DNA of 64,000 nucleotides from Candidatus Avoscillospira stercorigallinarum (GTDB taxonomy: Bacteria; Bacillota; Clostridia; Oscillospirales; Oscillospiraceae), in the NCBI GenBank assembly GCA_018713205.1, contig DVFN01000015.1:23553-87552 (forward strand), read 5' to 3'. Under the pieces are notes generated by a model. That model saw only the letters and a program-made list of their open reading frames with translations. It made no database searches and was not told the DNA's origin. The position numbers were made by a program, and so were the translations under genes. Shown here piece after piece: positions 62,492 to 64,000 of this stretch. Every line of letters starts with the position of its first letter. Within the stretch, counting starts at the first letter, position 1.

Positions 62492-63583
62492 GTGCGACGG
62501 ATCATAGTATGTTTTCTGGTGGCCGTCCTGCTGGCCTTGCCGGCGGGGGCCCTGGACGTGGCCCAGGCCCAGGCCGACCAGTTCGGCCTGGACGGCCTGG
62601 AGGACGCCGTGCCCGAGGGGGCGCGGCAGTGGATGGACGAGCTGGACCCGGCGGTGCAGACGGACTTCGGCGCGGCGGTGGGCGAGATCTTCCAGGACGC
62701 CGTAGCCCAGAGCGGCCCCATCTGGCGTTCGGCCTTCGGGCTGATGCTGCGGGTGCTGCTGATTGTGGTGCTGTGCCAGATGGTGGAAGCCCTGGGCGAG
62801 GTCCAGGGGAGTCAGGCCGTGGCCCTGGCCGGAGCCCTGGCCGTTACGGCCTGCTGTGCCGCCGACGTCAGCGCCCTGGTGGGCCTGGGGCGGGAGACGC
62901 TGGAGGAAATCTCCTCCTTCTCCACGCTGCTGATGCCGGTGATGGCGGCAGCCGCCGCGGCCTCCGGCGGGACCGTCAGCGCCGGGGGCCTCTACGCCGT
63001 GACGGTGGTCTTTTCCAACCTGCTGATTCGCCTCTCCACAACGCTGTTTCTGCCGATGATCTACGCGGATCTGGCCTTGGCCATGGTGGACGCGGCCCTC
63101 CAGCAGGAGCGGCTGCAGGGACTGCGGCAGTGCCTGGCCTGGGTCATCCGCAACGGCCTCAAGGGCGTGATGTACGCCTACACCGGCTTTATGGCGGTGA
63201 CGGGGGTCCTCTCCGGCAGCGCCGACGCCGCGGCCCTGAAGGCGGCCCAGATGACCATTTCCACGGTGGTGCCGGTGGTGGGCGGCATTATTTCCAGCGC
63301 GGCGGAGACGGTGCTCTCCAGCGCGGGCCTGCTGCGCAGCGCCGCCGGGACCTTCGGCATGCTGGCGGTGCTGGGGGCCTTTGTGATGCCCTTTCTGCAA
63401 ATTGGCATCTCCTATCTGGCCTTCAAGGTGACGGCTGCCTTGAGCGCCGTGCTGGGCAGCGGCCAGGGGCGGCTGCTGGAGGCCCTGACCGGCGCGGCGG
63501 GCAATCTCTTGGCCATGGTAGGCAGCGCCACGGTGATGAGCCTGTTGGCCTGCTGCTGCTTTATGAAGGTGGTGACGCCGTGA
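62492..63583 (+). CDS. spoIIIAE: stage III sporulation protein AE
   Basis: Start set at GTG 62492 (VRRIIVCFLVAVLLALPAGA signal) after a GGGAGGG RBS. Polytopic, 363 aa. Conserved operon position. Confidence 0.82.
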   Translation: MRRIIVCFLVAVLLALPAGALDVAQAQADQFGLDGLEDAVPEGARQWMDELDPAVQTDFGAAVGEIFQDAVAQSGPIWRSAFGLMLRVLLIVVLCQMVEALGEVQGSQAVALAGALAVTACCAADVSALVGLGRETLEEISSFSTLLMPVMAAAAAASGGTVSAGGLYAVTVVFSNLLIRLSTTLFLPMIYADLALAMVDAALQQERLQGLRQCLAWVIRNGLKGVMYAYTGFMAVTGVLSGSADAAALKAAQMTISTVVPVVGGIISSAAETVLSSAGLLRSAAGTFGMLAVLGAFVMPFLQIGISYLAFKVTAALSAVLGSGQGRLLEALTGAAGNLLAMVGSATVMSLLACCCFMKVVTP

Positions 63584-64000
63584 CGGCGGCTGTGACGCGG
63601 TATCTCCTGGCGGTGGCGGCGGCGGGGATGCTGGTGAGCTTGATGCTGCCGCTGCTGCCCGAGGGCTCGCCCCGCCGGGTGGGGAACTTTGTGGGGAGCC
63701 TGCTGGTGATTCTGGCGGTGCTCTCGCCCTTGCGGTCCCTGGACCCGTCGGATATGGCGGAAGCCATCGCCCGAATCCGCACCGAGGGCCGGGAGGCCGT
63801 CACCGGCGTGGAGGTGGGCAGCCGGGAGCTCTTGGCGGCCATCATAAAGGAGGACTGCGAGGCATATATATGGGACAAAGCCCAGGAAATGGGCCTGGAG
63901 CTGGAGGTGGTGGTGACAGTAGACGAGGGCACGGGTTATCCCTATCCCACCGGCGCTGTCCTCACCGGCGCTGTGACGGCGGCCCAGCGGGAGATGCTGA
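63580..64000 (+). CDS. spoIIIAF: stage III sporulation protein AF (3' end outside window)
   Basis: GTG 63580 overlaps the spoIIIAE stop (GTGA). VTAAVTRYLLAVAAAGMLVSLML... then a soluble part ...LLAAIIKEDCEAYIWDKAQEMGLELEVVV. Open to the window edge. Confidence 0.7.
   Translation, partial: MTAAVTRYLLAVAAAGMLVSLMLPLLPEGSPRRVGNFVGSLLVILAVLSPLRSLDPSDMAEAIARIRTEGREAVTGVEVGSRELLAAIIKEDCEAYIWDKAQEMGLELEVVVTVDEGTGYPYPTGAVLTGAVTAAQREML

Noticed and set aside
1-64000. Searched for transposase, integrase, phage structural, toxin-antitoxin, reverse-transcriptase or known defence-system genes, and for tRNA/rRNA
   Set aside because: No ORF shows DDE, tyrosine/serine recombinase, Y1 HUH or RT motifs, and no tRNA-like cloverleaf or rRNA segment was recognised by eye. 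Their absence cannot be proven without tools, but nothing here is supportable.

Overview
High-GC (roughly 60-65%) chromosomal window from a spore-forming, S-layer-bearing Clostridia-type Firmicute. The taxon is inferred from spoIIIAA-AF, an SLH protein, addAB and iorAB/paaK, and cannot be fixed without a database search. I call about 50 protein genes and find no rRNA, tRNA, CRISPR array, transposase or integrase. Gene content in order: a thiol-redox module (thioredoxin fragment, trxB, ccdA, TlpA-like); rsmI plus a yabB-like methyltransferase; a 56-aa ferredoxin missed by the ORF track; clpC; a sigma factor translationally coupled to a membrane-anchored serpin; a 1670-aa SLH surface protein; an HTH protein plus a Ser/Thr kinase with LRR ectodomain; a symporter-iorAB-paaK-ACT aryl-acid cluster; an acyl-CoA synthetase and thioesterase; addBA; ftsZ-ftsQ-murA; a two-component system; a TetR-containing aminotransferase/aldolase/FGGY-kinase/GtrA operon; pfkA; a sugar ABC transporter with an 800-aa binding protein; a HlyD-like adaptor, a MacB-PCD protein and an MsmX-like ATPase; a decayed low-GC islet (two-component deletion scar, apparently frameshifted small ORF, XRE regulator); ppk1; and the spoIIIA operon. 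The strongest signal not explained by genes is a family of 24-27 bp GTAGGG-headed GC hairpins that fills nearly every inter-operon gap. There are about 50 units in 12 clusters, around 6% of the window. Both stem arms co-vary, and units alternate in orientation with fixed linkers of about 50 nt and about 21 nt, giving doublets of about 100 bp. This is REP/BIME/REPIN-like architecture. Other notable observations are the sigma-serpin pair, an in-frame low-GC insertion that lengthens the coiled coil of the HlyD-like gene, a GTGAAAT mini-hairpin array, and a palindrome-saturated 245-bp spacer. The many long antisense ORFs in the supplied track are high-GC shadow ORFs and were rejected.
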